Positions 63,196 to 64,000 of a stretch of DNA of 64,000 bases are shown piece by piece. This DNA comes from Pavona decussata (lineage: Eukaryota). A program made the position numbers and the translations under genes. Numbering within the stretch: position 1 is the first letter of the stretch; each line of letters opens with the position of its first letter. The stretch lies in assembly GCA_977016875.1 (NCBI GenBank), contig CDRNST010000096.1:744001-808000 (forward strand), read 5' to 3'. The notes under the pieces are model-generated. The model was given only the letters and a program-made list of their open reading frames with translations, searched no databases and was not told where the DNA came from.

Positions 63196-63411
63196 CTCCA
63201 ACTTTTCTTCCACTCTGTTAGTATCCAAAGTTTTCTCCACATTTAAAGCATCCCATTGAGAGGTTGCTGCATCCTGATGAGAATTGGCCGGGCCAGAAAC
63301 CTCCACCGAGGCAGGAATATTCGATGCATTTTCAGCATTTGCCTGCAGAACCTGAGCTATCTCTACAACTTTTTCGCTGCTGACCTGGGAAGGACACAAC
63401 TGCTCAGACAT
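63196..63411 (-). pseudogene. Probable exon 1 of the gag-like gene whose exon 2 is at 55242
   Basis: MSEQLCPSQ...NRVEEKLE|GTGAG, a phase-0 donor that fits the phase-0 acceptor at 55242 once the inversion is undone. Confidence 0.45.
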
Positions 63412-64000
63412 ATCGAGGCGAGTTTTATTCCTCGTGCCTTGTAAACTTAACTGACGCAGATGCATAGCATTAAGTTCTTTATATAATGCCAATGATGTCA
63501 TCGCGAGGGATCACAAATATTCAATGAGGTTTGAACAGTCACTGCTGTGGACAAGCTGGCCACTTTATTCATATCTACGTATAACCCGCCTATCCATGTG
63601 CCTCATGACAATATTAAAAGGCGAGGAACGATATCTCCCCAGAAAATTAACGACACATGCATATTTCTGAACTTTTGTTGGGAGGGGAACAAGTTCATAT
63701 GGGTACGGAGACATCCCTGAGTGTCATTGGAGGGATTGCGCTTGTGCACTTAAGTGTGGAGGAGGCAATTGCGGCGCATTTATGGAGTGGAACGAGGCAT
63801 TGGCTGTGATTGATGGCACGGGGAGCGATTGGGTGGTGCCGTACACTGATATGTTTAGTAAAGGTTGCTTCTGGTCTGTGATTGCAAAACCGGTCGAGGT
63901 TGAGGAGACGGATGGCATGTTTCCTGGTGCAGAATTTGTAGAACTCTGGAATCTACATGGCATATCATTGGTTCATATGAGGTGCCTGACTTGGGAGCAA

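Noticed and set aside
63500-64000. Decayed minus-strand coding remnant (SPYPYELVPLP...)
   Set aside because: It looks transposon-derived, but it is too frameshifted and truncated for me to assign a family.
1-64000. Prokaryotic operons, defence systems, rRNA or tRNA genes
   Set aside because: Coding density is low, introns are spliceosomal and only eukaryotic transposon domains are present. The only tRNA-like matches are short primer-binding sites.

Overview
Eukaryotic DNA: AT-rich, with spliceosomal GT-AG introns. The repertoire of transposon families suggests a marine invertebrate, probably a cnidarian or coral (inference). The window is a nested transposon graveyard and I found no intact host gene. 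It holds decayed Academ(X), Penelope-like, CR1/Crack-like and Tx1-like LINE, two Sola3-like, two Ty3/Gypsy, BEL/Pao, PIF/Harbinger, EnSpm/CACTA, hAT, Kolobok and DIRS/PAT-type elements, plus MITEs and minisatellites. Many boundaries can be fixed to the base from TIRs/LTRs, target-site duplications (TSDs) and restored reading frames. Four observations stand out. (1) A TA-flanked composite element at 14315-17343 is built as TR-internal-TR-internal-TR. Its 203-bp terminal direct repeats each carry their own inverted ends, and each internal unit carries perfect palindromes and the N-terminal remnant of a probable HUH rolling-circle Rep. It is a candidate for an unusual or undescribed mobile system. 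(2) A ~9-kb inversion at 54003-63000 can be reconstructed from both breakpoints. (3) A Sola3-like transposase appears to be fused to a herpesvirus-tegument-type cysteine protease domain. (4) A 683-bp templated inverted self-copy sits cleanly inside that gene. All family assignments come from recognising motifs by eye; no database search was run.
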